DNA of 40,739 nt from contig JANNXA010000019.1 in the NCBI GenBank assembly GCA_031409275.1, forward strand, positions 1 through 40,739, written 5' to 3'. The translations under genes were made by a program, and so were the position numbers. The notes beneath the pieces are model-generated. The model was given only the letters and a program-made list of their open reading frames with translations. It made no database searches and had not been told where the DNA came from. The stretch comes from Planctomycetota bacterium. Its GTDB lineage: Bacteria > Planctomycetota > B15-G4 > SIAN01. Below are positions 25,938 to 38,249 of the stretch, in pieces (position 1 is the stretch's first letter; each line of letters starts with the position of its first letter).

Positions 25938-27533
25938 TCACTGCAGCCGTTGCTGGATCAGCGTGCGGATCGACGGCAGGAATGGACCGAGCACCTCCGC
26001 CAACCGCTCGAAGCAGCGGCGCGCCGCCGGGGTCGCCACCTGGCCGTCGATCGTCTCAAGACCGTGGGCAGCACCCCCCATCGCATACGCCCCGACGGCC
26101 AGCCCGCCAAACGCGATCCCGCCCACCGCGGCCCCGCCGATCGCGATCGCACCCAACGCGCCGCCGCCGAGCGCCAGCAACCCGACCGCGCCGCCGCCCA
26201 CGGACAGTCCGCCGAACGCGATCGCCCCGATGACGATGACCCCGCAGGCGAGATTCCCGATCGCGACGAGACCGCGGGCGCGACGGCCGATGGCCAGCAC
26301 TCCGATCGCGCGGTCGCCGATGGCGACCACGCCACGGGCCGTGCGTGGAGCAGCGCTCGCACCGAAGGCCACGTGCAGCAGCGGCGCGCCGCGCCATGCC
26401 CGCGCCGAGCTCCACTCGAACGACTCGCCACGCTGCACGGCCTGCATGCCGCGTCGCCACATCGATCGCAACGACTCGACCCCGGCGGCCACGGGCCGCC
26501 CTTGCGCGAGCGCCTCGAGATCGGCGGCGAAGGCCTCGGCCGACGCGTAGCGCTCCTCGGGTCGTCGCGCCATCGCCTTGGCAACGACCGCCGCCGCTGC
26601 CGCCGAGCAGTTCAGGTTGTGGGTGCGCAGCGCCGGCGCCTGCTGGTGGCGGATCGCGTCGAACAGCGCGAGCGTCGTCGCCCCGTGGCGGGGGGGACGG
26701 CCCGCCAACGCTTCGTAGAGGGTGACGCCCAGGCTGTAGACGTCGCTGCGCGCGTCGACGCCACTCTGCGCCTGCTCGACCTGTTCCGGCGACATGTAGT
26801 AAGGCGTTCCAAGCGGCGCGCCCGTCAAGGAGCGCGCCAGGTCACCATCGCCCTTCGCGAGCCCGAAGTCGGCGATGACCGGAGTTCCGTCGCGGCGCAG
26901 CAGGAGGTTCGAAGGCTTGATGTCGCGATGGACGATGCCGTGGGCGTGGGCGACCGCCAGCGCGCGCGCGACGGTTGCGAAGAGTCGCGCGAACGCGCGC
27001 TCGTCATGGTCGGGCCCGCGCTGCGCGGGCGGTGGCAAGCGCGCCAGGTGGTGCGCGAGACTGCCGCCGTCGACGTACTCCATGACCAGGAAGAGGTGAC
27101 CCTGCTCGCGCCCGACCTCATGGATGCGCACGACGTGGCGATCGTCGATTCGAGCGATGGCCAGCGCCTCGCGGCGAAAGCGCTGCGCCTGGCGCGGATC
27201 GAGGCCAAGCCCCGGCCGCAGGATCTTGATGGCGACGTCGCGCTTGAGCTCGAGCTGCTCGGCGCGCCACACGGTCGCCATGCCGCCCTGGCCGATCTCC
27301 TCGATCAGGCGGCACCCGCGCAACACGAGGCCGGGCCGCAGCGGCACGATCGGCGTGCGCGACCCGTCCTCGTCGTCGACCTCGACCAGCGCGAAGAGGC
27401 GCAAGAGCTCGCCGCGATGCTCGGCAGGAACCTGCTCCAGCAGGTCGTCGCGCTGCTGCCCGCGGCCGGCCGCCACGCGATCGGCGTAGGCGGCGAGCAG
27501 GCGGTCGAGCAAGGCGTCGCGTGATTCGTTCAT
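25938..27533 (-). CDS. Hanks-type Ser/Thr protein kinase with a Gly-rich hydrophobic C-terminal domain
   Basis: IGQGGMATVW, VAIKIL, HRDIKPSN, DFGLAK, GTPYYMSPEQ, DVYSLG; C-terminal (A/G)IG repeats. Confidence 0.93.
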   Translation of the reverse strand: MNESRDALLDRLLAAYADRVAAGRGQQRDDLLEQVPAEHRGELLRLFALVEVDDEDGSRTPIVPLRPGLVLRGCRLIEEIGQGGMATVWRAEQLELKRDVAIKILRPGLGLDPRQAQRFRREALAIARIDDRHVVRIHEVGREQGHLFLVMEYVDGGSLAHHLARLPPPAQRGPDHDERAFARLFATVARALAVAHAHGIVHRDIKPSNLLLRRDGTPVIADFGLAKGDGDLARSLTGAPLGTPYYMSPEQVEQAQSGVDARSDVYSLGVTLYEALAGRPPRHGATTLALFDAIRHQQAPALRTHNLNCSAAAAAVVAKAMARRPEERYASAEAFAADLEALAQGRPVAAGVESLRSMWRRGMQAVQRGESFEWSSARAWRGAPLLHVAFGASAAPRTARGVVAIGDRAIGVLAIGRRARGLVAIGNLACGVIVIGAIAFGGLSVGGGAVGLLALGGGALGAIAIGGAAVGGIAFGGLAVGAYAMGGAAHGLETIDGQVATPAARRCFERLAEVLGPFLPSIRTLIQQRLQ

Positions 27534-27583
27534 GAGGTTTCAGACGCAAAGCGTCGCCGCAGTCGTCGCGGAATCTTCGGCTC

Positions 27584-28156
27584 TCAGCCGCGCAGCAGCA
27601 CTCCCCACGCTTCGAGCGCCCGGCGGTAGAGCGAGTTCACCGCGTCCTCGCTGCGCCCCATCCGTCGCCCCGTCTCGGCGGCCGACAGCCCCTCGAACTG
27701 GCGCAACCCCAGAACTCGCCGCTGATCGGGGGCGAGCTTCTGGAAGGCGGCGAGCAGCTTCGCCTGCTCCTCCCACTGGCCCGCTTCGGTGGCGGGACCG
27801 GGGCCGACTCCAGCCACCAGGCTTTCGAGCAGCCCCGTGTGGCTCCAGTCCGAACGCTCGAGCCGCAGCGGGGCGACGCCGCCGCCGCGCTTGCGCGCCC
27901 GCAACGCGCGCACCGCGTCGACCACTGCGCTGCGCGCCAGCTTGGTGAGGAAGCGGCGCAGGGGCAGGTCCTTCGGCTCCTCCGGCGGCAGCATCGACTG
28001 GTGAGCGACCGCGCGCACGTAGACCTCCTGCGCGAGGTCTTCGAGTTCGATCGACGCGCGCACGCTGCGACCCGCGAGGTGCAGCAACAGCAGTCGCAGC
28101 CAGCGCCCTTGCGCGACGAGGCGCTCGCCGAGTTCGAGTTCGCCGGGCTCGTTCAC
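27584..28156 (-). CDS. ECF-family RNA polymerase sigma-70 factor
   Basis: EDLAQEVYVRA (region 2) and LAPDQRRVLGLRQFEGLSAAETGRRMGRSEDAVNSLYRRA (region 4). GTG 28156 overlaps the upstream stop (GTGA). Confidence 0.9.
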   Translation of the reverse strand: MNEPGELELGERLVAQGRWLRLLLLHLAGRSVRASIELEDLAQEVYVRAVAHQSMLPPEEPKDLPLRRFLTKLARSAVVDAVRALRARKRGGGVAPLRLERSDWSHTGLLESLVAGVGPGPATEAGQWEEQAKLLAAFQKLAPDQRRVLGLRQFEGLSAAETGRRMGRSEDAVNSLYRRALEAWGVLLRG

Positions 28157-29145
28157 GGCTCGCTCCCGCCGCCGCTCGCGGCAGCTGTCGCGGCCATCGC
28201 CTCGCGTTCGGCCCTCGCCGCAGCGCTGCGCGCATTGGCCAGCGCATGGAACGCTGTCGCGACGAGGATCACGCCGCCGCCGGCCAGCGTCCAACTTCCC
28301 GGCTTCTCGCCGTGGACGAAATAGGCCCACAGCGGATTGAAGACCGGCTCGACCAGCAGCAGCAGCGAGGCCTCGACGGCGGGCACCGATTTCATCCCGC
28401 GCGACAGCACGCAGTAGGCGAGCCCGACCTGCAACACGCCCAGGAACAGCAACGAGCGGAACGTCGGGACGAAGGCGTCGCTCTGGAGGAACGCGGCGTC
28501 AGGGAAGAGCGGCTCGCGCAGGAACAGCGAGATCAGCCAGGCGCCGGCGAAGCAGGTGAGGTTGCCGACGACGACCGAGGATGCCGCGCCGTCGTGCCCG
28601 GGCCGCGCCCGCTGCCCGAACCAGCGCAGGCCGATGATCGTGGCCGCCCACGCCAGCCCCGAGAGCACCGCGATCGCGTTGCCGAGCAGCGGACGCGGTG
28701 CCGTCGCCTGCACCGCCGCCGTCTCGCTCGCCAGCGAGTCGCCAAAGCACAGCGCGAGGCCGCCGGCCAGCGCGACCATGAAAACGAGGTCAGCACGCCG
28801 CACCGCCTCCTTCAGCACGAAGGGCGAGAGGAGCAGCACGAAGAGCGGCGCGGTCGACTGCAGGAAGATCGCGTTGGCCGACGTGGTCAGCTTGTTGGCC
28901 GTGACGAAGGCGATCATCGTCGTCGCGTAGAGCGCGCCGAAGAGGAGCGACCCCCACGTGATGCCGCGCCGCGTCGCCGGCCACACCAGCAGCAGGAAGA
29001 GCGCGGCCACCAGCGAGCGCAGCCCCGCGACCTGCAGCGGCGCGAGCGCGCACGACTTGATGAACGCGCCGCCAGTCGAGAAGAGCGCCGCCGCCAGCAC
29101 GAGATCGAGGCGGGGTCGCCAACCGGGAGTCGCGTTCGCGTTCAT
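28153..29145 (-). CDS. DMT/EamA family transporter
   Basis: About 10 TM helices; LFSTGGAFIK, ANAIFLQSTAP, EASLLLLVEPVFNPLW, GEKPG. Confidence 0.92.
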   Translation of the reverse strand: MNANATPGWRPRLDLVLAAALFSTGGAFIKSCALAPLQVAGLRSLVAALFLLLVWPATRRGITWGSLLFGALYATTMIAFVTANKLTTSANAIFLQSTAPLFVLLLSPFVLKEAVRRADLVFMVALAGGLALCFGDSLASETAAVQATAPRPLLGNAIAVLSGLAWAATIIGLRWFGQRARPGHDGAASSVVVGNLTCFAGAWLISLFLREPLFPDAAFLQSDAFVPTFRSLLFLGVLQVGLAYCVLSRGMKSVPAVEASLLLLVEPVFNPLWAYFVHGEKPGSWTLAGGGVILVATAFHALANARSAAARAEREAMAATAAASGGGSEP

Positions 29146-29181
29146 CGGCGGCGCTTCATACCCGCTGCCGCCGCGAGTGCC

Positions 29182-30703
29182 TCACCGCACCGGACGCGCG
29201 CGGGTGGTGCCGTCGATGAAGAGCAACGCATCGAACGCTTCCGACCAGACCTGCACGGCGTGGTCGTAACCCTGCTCGGCCTGCTCGGGCGACCAGACCG
29301 CCCCGATGCCGCGCTTGGATTGCGGCGCGTCGAGCCAGGCGCGCGCCACGCTGCCGGCTGGCGCCACCTGCAGGTCGACGAAGTGACGCGCAAGACCCGC
29401 CGCCGCGAAGGCCGCGTCGATGCTGCCGGGGATCGGCGCGTCGACATGCCATTCGCGCAGTCCGCCGCCCGGTGCCATCGCCTGGAACGAACCGGTGGCG
29501 AAGCTGAAGCCGACGACCTTCATCGAGAGGCGCTCGTCGGGGGCTGCCGCCGCCGCTGCCGCCAGGTGCCAGCCCATGTTCTGCATGAGCTGATCGACCA
29601 CCCCCATCCCGCGCGACACATGGCCGTCGTGCGCCCACAAGACGACGCGAGCGTCGGGGCCGCCGTGGCGCAGGATCCAGCGCACGTTCTGCGCCATGCA
29701 CCGGTCGCGCCACTCGAAGGGCGAGCGCACCTCGGGATGCGGCAGCCCCTGATGGTGCGCCTGCGCGGTGATGACGGCCTGCTGGCGAGCGATCGCCCAC
29801 TCCTCCTCGCTCGACTCGAGGATCCAGTCGTCCTGCTCTTCGTCGAACGACGCGACGATCGCATCGAACTGCGCCTGCTCCTCGATCCCTTTGAGGAAGG
29901 ACGCGGAGCCGGCGTTGCCGTGGCTCGGCGCTCCGCCGGGCAACTCGACCAATCGCTGCAGCCGCGGCGCCTGCTGCTCGGCGAGCGACGGCGCCACCCG
30001 CTTCAGGTAGTCAAGCGTCGCCTGCGCCGCGACCGGAATCGCCTGCATGTCGATTCCGACGAACTCGACCTTCTTCGCGTGGGCTGGATCGGCGTTCCAG
30101 GCGCGCATCCACTCGATCAGCGCCAGCACCTCCTCGGTGTTCCAAGTCCAGATATAGAGACCGGCCAACGCCTGCTTCGCATCGCCCTTGCCGTGCAGCA
30201 CGTAGTCGTTCACCACGCGCGACTCGGGCCAGTTCGCTTCGATGCCGAAGTGGGAGAAGCCGAGCTCGCTGACGAGGTACTCGAGCAGGCGGTGCGTCGA
30301 GCCACTCCCGACCGGCCCGACCGAGCCGGGCGCAGCGCCGACCCCGCAGATGCGAGGCGCGCCGACGAGGCGAATCAAAGGGGAGATTCGGTGAGGAGGC
30401 GCAACGAAGCAGATGCGGGGTCGCCGCAAGCACGGCGACCGAGGGCCGGTTGGGAGTGGCTCTCGGTCTGGAAGAACTCACGCGTGCCGTGCGTCGTCTC
30501 GCCCAGCGCGACGATGCGCGCGTCACCGACCCACGCCTTGAGCGGCGCGAGGTCGGCGAAGCCAGTCCCGCTTCGACCGTCGCGATCGGCCACGCGCTGG
30601 CGCGCAATCCGTCGAGCAGCGCGGGATCGAAGGGCGCCGGCGCAGTCGTGGAGGCGTCCTGCCATGCGATCGACGCCGCCAACATCAGTGCCATCGCGCC
30701 CAT
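29182..30703 (-). pseudogene. Erythromycin esterase family gene broken by a frameshift and an inserted element
   Basis: Coding pieces lie in three frames. First, signal peptide to PIATVEAG (from 30703). Second, GFADLAPLKAWVGDARIVALGETTHGTREFFQT after an apparent 1-nt loss near 30568. Third, HRLLEYLV..GIEANW..WNTEEV..RDRCMAQN..VLWAHDGH..FDALLFI after the 30299-30462 insert. Confidence 0.85.
30299..30462. mobile_element. MITE-like 164-bp insertion with 20-bp terminal inverted repeats
   Basis: GAGCCACTCCCGACCGGCCC and GGGCCGGTTGGGAGTGGCTC are complementary at 19/20 positions. Inner stems 30339-48/30414-23 and 30371-76/30385-90. TC flanks both ends. It interrupts the conserved FFQxxHR motif. Confidence 0.8.
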
Positions 30704-30707
30704 CGGG

Positions 30708-33845
<3,138 letters not shown>

Positions 33846-33940
33846 CGGTGGCTCTCCCCGAGTGCAGCACGCCACGCGCCGACGCACGGCAGCGAAAGCG
33901 GCGCGCCATGGTACGCCGCGCAGCGAGCGTCGTTCCGGTC

Positions 33941-34103
33941 AACAGCCCGTTCAAGAGCTCTCCGTGTCGCCCGGCGGCGTCTCTCAAACCGGTACTTCGT
34001 CGGACCTTCTCGACGACTCCGACGGAGGTGGCTTCGAAGCTCCTTCTCGTTCCGGCTCGGAGTCCACTCACCGGACTCGCGGCGACTTCTTGATCGGGCG
34101 GTT
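33941..34103. repeat. 163-bp structured intergenic element with imperfect terminal inverted repeats (MITE-like or ncRNA)
   Basis: AACAGCCCGTTCAAGA / TCTTGATCGGGCGGTT (14/16). Inner stems GTCGCC/GGCGAC, CGTCGGA/TCCGACG and GAGTCC/GGACTC. Confidence 0.55.
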
Positions 34104-34117
34104 AGCGTTCGTCGCCC

Positions 34118-35272
34118 ATGTTCGCGGCCTACTTCGCCTATCAGCTGATCGACCTCGCGCTGGCGCTGCTGGTCATCGTCGCGGTCGATCGCCGCGTCGG
34201 CGGCCGCGCCTCGCTGCGCGCGACGCTCACGCGCACCGTCCCGCTCGCCAGCGCGCTGCTGCTCTTCCTTGCCGTCGTTTGCGCGGTCTGGCTCCACCAG
34301 TGGGTCGGCTGGATCGCTTGGGAGAGCCTCGGCGCCAAGTGGTCGGTGCGATTCCGCGGCGTCGGTGCGGCGTATTGGGGTGGAGTGCTGCTGCTGCCTT
34401 CGTTGAGCGCCCTTCGCGCGTGGCGCGGCGGTGGCGCAGCGACGCTCGCGCGCGTCGGCACGCTCGCCTGGCTCGTCGCCTCGCTGCTCCTGCTCTTCGA
34501 AATGAGCTGGCGCGCGCCGCGAGCGCTGGTCGTCGAGCGGCGCGACGTGGTGCTGCAAGAGTGGCCACCCGACGCGCCCCCGCTGCGCATCGCCGTGATC
34601 GCCGATGTGCAGTCGCCGCGGCTCTCGAACTACGAACGTGACCTGATCGCCCGCGTCACGCAACTGCAGCCCGACCTGATCGTCCTGCCCGGCGACCTCG
34701 TTTCGCAGAGCTTCGATGACGCCCAGTCGATCGCCTGCGCGCGCTTCGTGCTCGACGGCGCAACGGCGCGGCTTGGCACGTTCGCGGTGAACGGCGACAT
34801 CGACCCGCTCGTCGAGGGAGGCATCGCTGCGATCGTCAGCGGCACGCGCGCGCGTCTGCTGGCCAACGACTCGGTGCTCCTCGATGTCGGCTTCCCGCTC
34901 GAGCTCACCGGCCTCGATGCCGACGACCCGGCGGCGTTCGCGGCGACGGCGCACGCCGCGCCGCGCGCCGAGATCCGGATCGCGCTGGTCCACAAACCCG
35001 AGCACGTGACGACGCTCGGCCCCGCCGGATTCGACCTCGTCGTCGCGGGCCACACTCATGGTGGGCAGATCGTGGTGCCAGGGATCGGGCCGCTGGTCAC
35101 GCTGTCGCCACTGCCCGACGAGGTCGATGGCGGCGGCCTTCACGCGATCGCTGGCACGCAGCTCTACGTCTCGCGCGGCATCGGCTGCGAATCGGGCTTC
35201 GCCCCTCCGATGCGCCTCTTCTGCCCGCCCGAACTCACGTTGCTGACGCTGCGCGGTCCGACGACTCGCTGA
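34118..35272 (+). CDS. Membrane-bound metallophosphoesterase (YkuE/YaeI-like)
   Basis: Four N-terminal TM segments; LRIAVIADVQ, PDLIVLPGDL, HKP, GHTHGGQI, LYVSRGIG, RLFCPPE. Confidence 0.88.
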   Translation: MFAAYFAYQLIDLALALLVIVAVDRRVGGRASLRATLTRTVPLASALLLFLAVVCAVWLHQWVGWIAWESLGAKWSVRFRGVGAAYWGGVLLLPSLSALRAWRGGGAATLARVGTLAWLVASLLLLFEMSWRAPRALVVERRDVVLQEWPPDAPPLRIAVIADVQSPRLSNYERDLIARVTQLQPDLIVLPGDLVSQSFDDAQSIACARFVLDGATARLGTFAVNGDIDPLVEGGIAAIVSGTRARLLANDSVLLDVGFPLELTGLDADDPAAFAATAHAAPRAEIRIALVHKPEHVTTLGPAGFDLVVAGHTHGGQIVVPGIGPLVTLSPLPDEVDGGGLHAIAGTQLYVSRGIGCESGFAPPMRLFCPPELTLLTLRGPTTR

Positions 35273-35314
35273 GAGCCGAGCCCGGTCCGCGCGACCGAGC
35301 GCGATCGGGCGCGC

Positions 35315-36922
35315 TCAGCGCTCGACGCAGCGCCCGCCGCTCGCATGCGATAGTTCCGTCAGCCACTCGAAGCCACGGCCCGATTCGAGCACGATGGCAT
35401 CGAGCAGCGCCCCCACCGGCTTGTTGCGGAAGTCGAAGAGCTGCGCCACGGAGTCGCCCGTTTCGCGCGAGCCATCGGGCCGCGCCGGCGCGCTCGCGGT
35501 GATCAGCACGATGGCGTCGAGCCGCGTCATGCGCCCATCCGGAAGCGGCGCGTCCGCGACCTCCTGCAGCAGCTGCGACAGCGCGGTCGAGGTGGCGGCG
35601 ACCGTCTTCTTCGCTGTCGCGAGCTTGCCGACCCACTCGCGCGCGGCGGCGACGTTCTCGACGCTCGCCAGCTTCAGTTCCTTGGCGAAGCTGCGCGGCT
35701 CGTGCGCATAGGCGACCACGGTGAAACGCGCGTCGAGCGGCAGCGCCATCAACGCCGCGCCGACCTCGCGCTGCGCCGCCTCGAGGCGCGTGCTCTTCAC
35801 GCCATCCTCGCTGACGTACTCCTCGAGCATCGACTCCGAGCAGTCGATCACGAAGGCGAGCGAGCGTCCATGCAGCGCCAACCCGAAGCAACGCACCGGT
35901 GCGCGCTGAGGCAAGGGCTCGGTGCCGGCGACCATCGCGGCGCCGTCGCCGGTCAACCAGGATCGCCACGCTCGCACCTCGCCGCCGAAGTCGACTCCCG
36001 TCAGATCGACGAGCGCCAGCGACGCGCGCCGAAGCGCCGCGCCCGGCGGCTGCTCGCCAAGGTAGTGGACCAGTGGCTCAATGGCGGCGGCCGAGCGCAG
36101 ATCGACCAGCGCGTGGAGCGCTGCCTGCTGCACGGCCGCCTGCTCGTTCCACAGCAGATCGGAGAGCGACTTCAGTTGCGGCGTCGCCGCCAGCCCGCAC
36201 GCGGCGAGGCCGTCGATGGCGAGGATCAGCTCATCAGGGCCAGCCGCCTGTTCCAGCGACTTCGCAAGCTCCGTCACCAGCGGCGGCGTCGCTGCGGCGG
36301 CGTGGCGCACGATGCGCTCGCGGGTGCGCGGGGCGAGTCGGCTCTTCGGCGTGACGTTCGCCAGCAGCCAACGCAGCGCATCGGCCGACCCCATCTGACC
36401 GAGCCGCGCCTCGATGTCGCTGATCAGCTGCCGGAGATCACGCTGGCGCTCCTCGAGCGACTTCAACTCGCCCTGCAGTTTCTCGAGGCGCGTCTTCTCT
36501 TCAGGTTTGGGGACCCGACCACGCACTTCGCGCAACTTCTCCAGCAGATCGGAGAGCTTGCCGGACGCGACGTCGCGCTCCTTGCCCAGCGCCTCCAGCT
36601 CCTTGCCGAGCTGCGCGTGACCTGAAAGGAGCGCCTTCGCGCTGCGCGCATCGTCGTGCGCCCGCAAATCGGCCAGCGCGGCGATGCGCGCCGTGAGCGG
36701 GGCGTCGGCCTTCAGCGGCTTGAAGGCGGTCTCGAAGGCGGCGACCTTCGCAGCGGCGGCCTTCTCCTCGGCGCTCGGGGCCGCCGGCTTGCCGGTGGGC
36801 TTCGCGGCCTGCGCGCGCGCGTCGACGCCGAGCCCCGCCACCAGCGCCAGCGCCAGCGAGAAGCGCGCGGCGCCGTGCGTCACGAACGCGACCGCGATCC
36901 ATGCCAGCGTGCGGCCTCTCAT
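35315..36922 (-). CDS. Secreted coiled-coil + HEAT repeat + VWA domain protein
   Basis: Signal peptide, coiled coil, HEAT-like repeats, LVDLTGVDFG..W..W, then FGLALHGRSLAFVIDCSESM (MIDAS DxSxS). Confidence 0.8.
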   Translation of the reverse strand: MRGRTLAWIAVAFVTHGAARFSLALALVAGLGVDARAQAAKPTGKPAAPSAEEKAAAAKVAAFETAFKPLKADAPLTARIAALADLRAHDDARSAKALLSGHAQLGKELEALGKERDVASGKLSDLLEKLREVRGRVPKPEEKTRLEKLQGELKSLEERQRDLRQLISDIEARLGQMGSADALRWLLANVTPKSRLAPRTRERIVRHAAAATPPLVTELAKSLEQAAGPDELILAIDGLAACGLAATPQLKSLSDLLWNEQAAVQQAALHALVDLRSAAAIEPLVHYLGEQPPGAALRRASLALVDLTGVDFGGEVRAWRSWLTGDGAAMVAGTEPLPQRAPVRCFGLALHGRSLAFVIDCSESMLEEYVSEDGVKSTRLEAAQREVGAALMALPLDARFTVVAYAHEPRSFAKELKLASVENVAAAREWVGKLATAKKTVAATSTALSQLLQEVADAPLPDGRMTRLDAIVLITASAPARPDGSRETGDSVAQLFDFRNKPVGALLDAIVLESGRGFEWLTELSHASGGRCVER

Positions 36923-36960
36923 CGACGAACTCCTCGCGGACGGGCGAAGGCGCGAGCGGG

Positions 36961-38109
36961 TCAGGCCAGTTCACGCACCACGACGCCGCGCCGAGCAAGC
37001 TCGGCGAGGTACTTGGCGGCGGGCACGCACTCATCGGGCGTCGCGACCCCGGGTGCACCAACCTCGCGGGCGACCTGCAGCTGCGCCGTGATCGACAGCG
37101 AGTAGCCGGTGGTGCGCATCATCGAGGTGATGCCGTTCTTCTCGTCCATGCGGTCGACGAGCTCGTAACCGACCTTGGCCGGCTTGCCGCCCTTCGTGCC
37201 TTCGACGACGACTCGCAGCGCGACGAGGTCGGGGCTCGCCGGCTTGGTCAGCTTCGGCAGCAGCGTGGCGATGGTGGCGTCGCGCGGCGCGACCTTCTGC
37301 CCCTTCACGTCGAGCGGCTTGGTGTCGAAGAAGCCGAGCTCGCGCAGCGCTTCCATGATCGCGGCATGGCCCGGGTAGCGCAGCGTCTTGTATTCCATGC
37401 AGCGGATCTTGCCGCGGTACTTCTCGAACATCGTGGAGAGGCCGCCCGCCGTATGGAACGCCTCGAGGCGACCGAGCGGCGCCGCGAAGTCGATCGGCTC
37501 GCGCTCCGACAACGCGATGCGCGTCGCGGGCTGGCCGTCCTGCAGCACGAACGACGGCGTCGTGTAGTAGTCGAGCACGCCTTCGAGCGAATAGACCAGC
37601 TGGTAGTTGAGCGGCGGCTCGGGCTTCTGCGGCAGGCCGCCGACGAAGAGGCGACAGGAGTCGACGTGGTCGAGCTTGCGGATCGCCGCCTCGGCCAGGA
37701 TGTTCACGAGGCCCGGTGCGAGCCCGCAATCGGGCAGGATCGTGATGCCCTTCGCCTTGGCGATCGGCGCGAGCTTGCGCTGCTCCTGCACGATCTCGGT
37801 GTTGCCGCCGAGGTCGCACCAGTGGACACCCAACTCGGCCGCCGTCGCCGAGAGCGGGCCGTTCAAGTAGTAGGGAACGGCCGAAAGCGCCGAGTCGACG
37901 CCGCTCATCGCCCGCTTCACCGCGGCCGGGTCCTTGACGTCGAGCGCCATCGGCTTGCAGCGCACGTCGCTCGCGAAACGCGCCAGGAACGGCCGCAACG
38001 CGTCGATCTTCAAGTCGGCGAGCCGGACCTCCTTCACCGCGGGGTTCTGGAGCAGATCGAACGCGGCGGCCGAGCCTTGCAGGCCGGCACCCAGGACGAG
38101 CATGCGCAT
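36961..38109 (-). CDS. Saccharopine dehydrogenase family / lysine 6-dehydrogenase-like protein
   Basis: VLGAGLQG Rossmann motif, DLGGN, DCGLAPG, VGGLPQKPEPPLNY, LEAFHTAGG, EYKTLRYPGH, SMMRTTG. Confidence 0.9.
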   Translation of the reverse strand: MRMLVLGAGLQGSAAAFDLLQNPAVKEVRLADLKIDALRPFLARFASDVRCKPMALDVKDPAAVKRAMSGVDSALSAVPYYLNGPLSATAAELGVHWCDLGGNTEIVQEQRKLAPIAKAKGITILPDCGLAPGLVNILAEAAIRKLDHVDSCRLFVGGLPQKPEPPLNYQLVYSLEGVLDYYTTPSFVLQDGQPATRIALSEREPIDFAAPLGRLEAFHTAGGLSTMFEKYRGKIRCMEYKTLRYPGHAAIMEALRELGFFDTKPLDVKGQKVAPRDATIATLLPKLTKPASPDLVALRVVVEGTKGGKPAKVGYELVDRMDEKNGITSMMRTTGYSLSITAQLQVAREVGAPGVATPDECVPAAKYLAELARRGVVVRELA

Positions 38110-38117
38110 GACTTCAC

Positions 38118-38249
38118 CCTTCGGGCGACCGCGCGACGTCGCGCGCGGGGAGTTCCGTGCTCTCCCCGATGGACGACGTGGTCACGTCGCCCATCGGCGC
38201 GCCGGCCAGCACGGCTTCCGGCGCCCCCCCACTCGTCGACGCCCGAAGG
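38118..38249 (-). promoter_or_regulatory. Multi-hairpin structured leader overlapping the likely RBS of the dehydrogenase gene
   Basis: A perfect 10-bp closing stem CCTTCGGGCG/CGCCCGAAGG encloses four potential hairpins. The 3' arm contains the GAAGG 8 nt upstream of ATG 38109. Confidence 0.4.

Noticed and set aside
30295..30467. Self-splicing intron or ribosomal bypass (Thr ACC to Thr ACG) rescuing the esterase
   Set aside because: The insert is too short, has no group I/II features, the codons do not match, and no stop follows the putative take-off codon. An independent upstream frameshift also points to a pseudogene.
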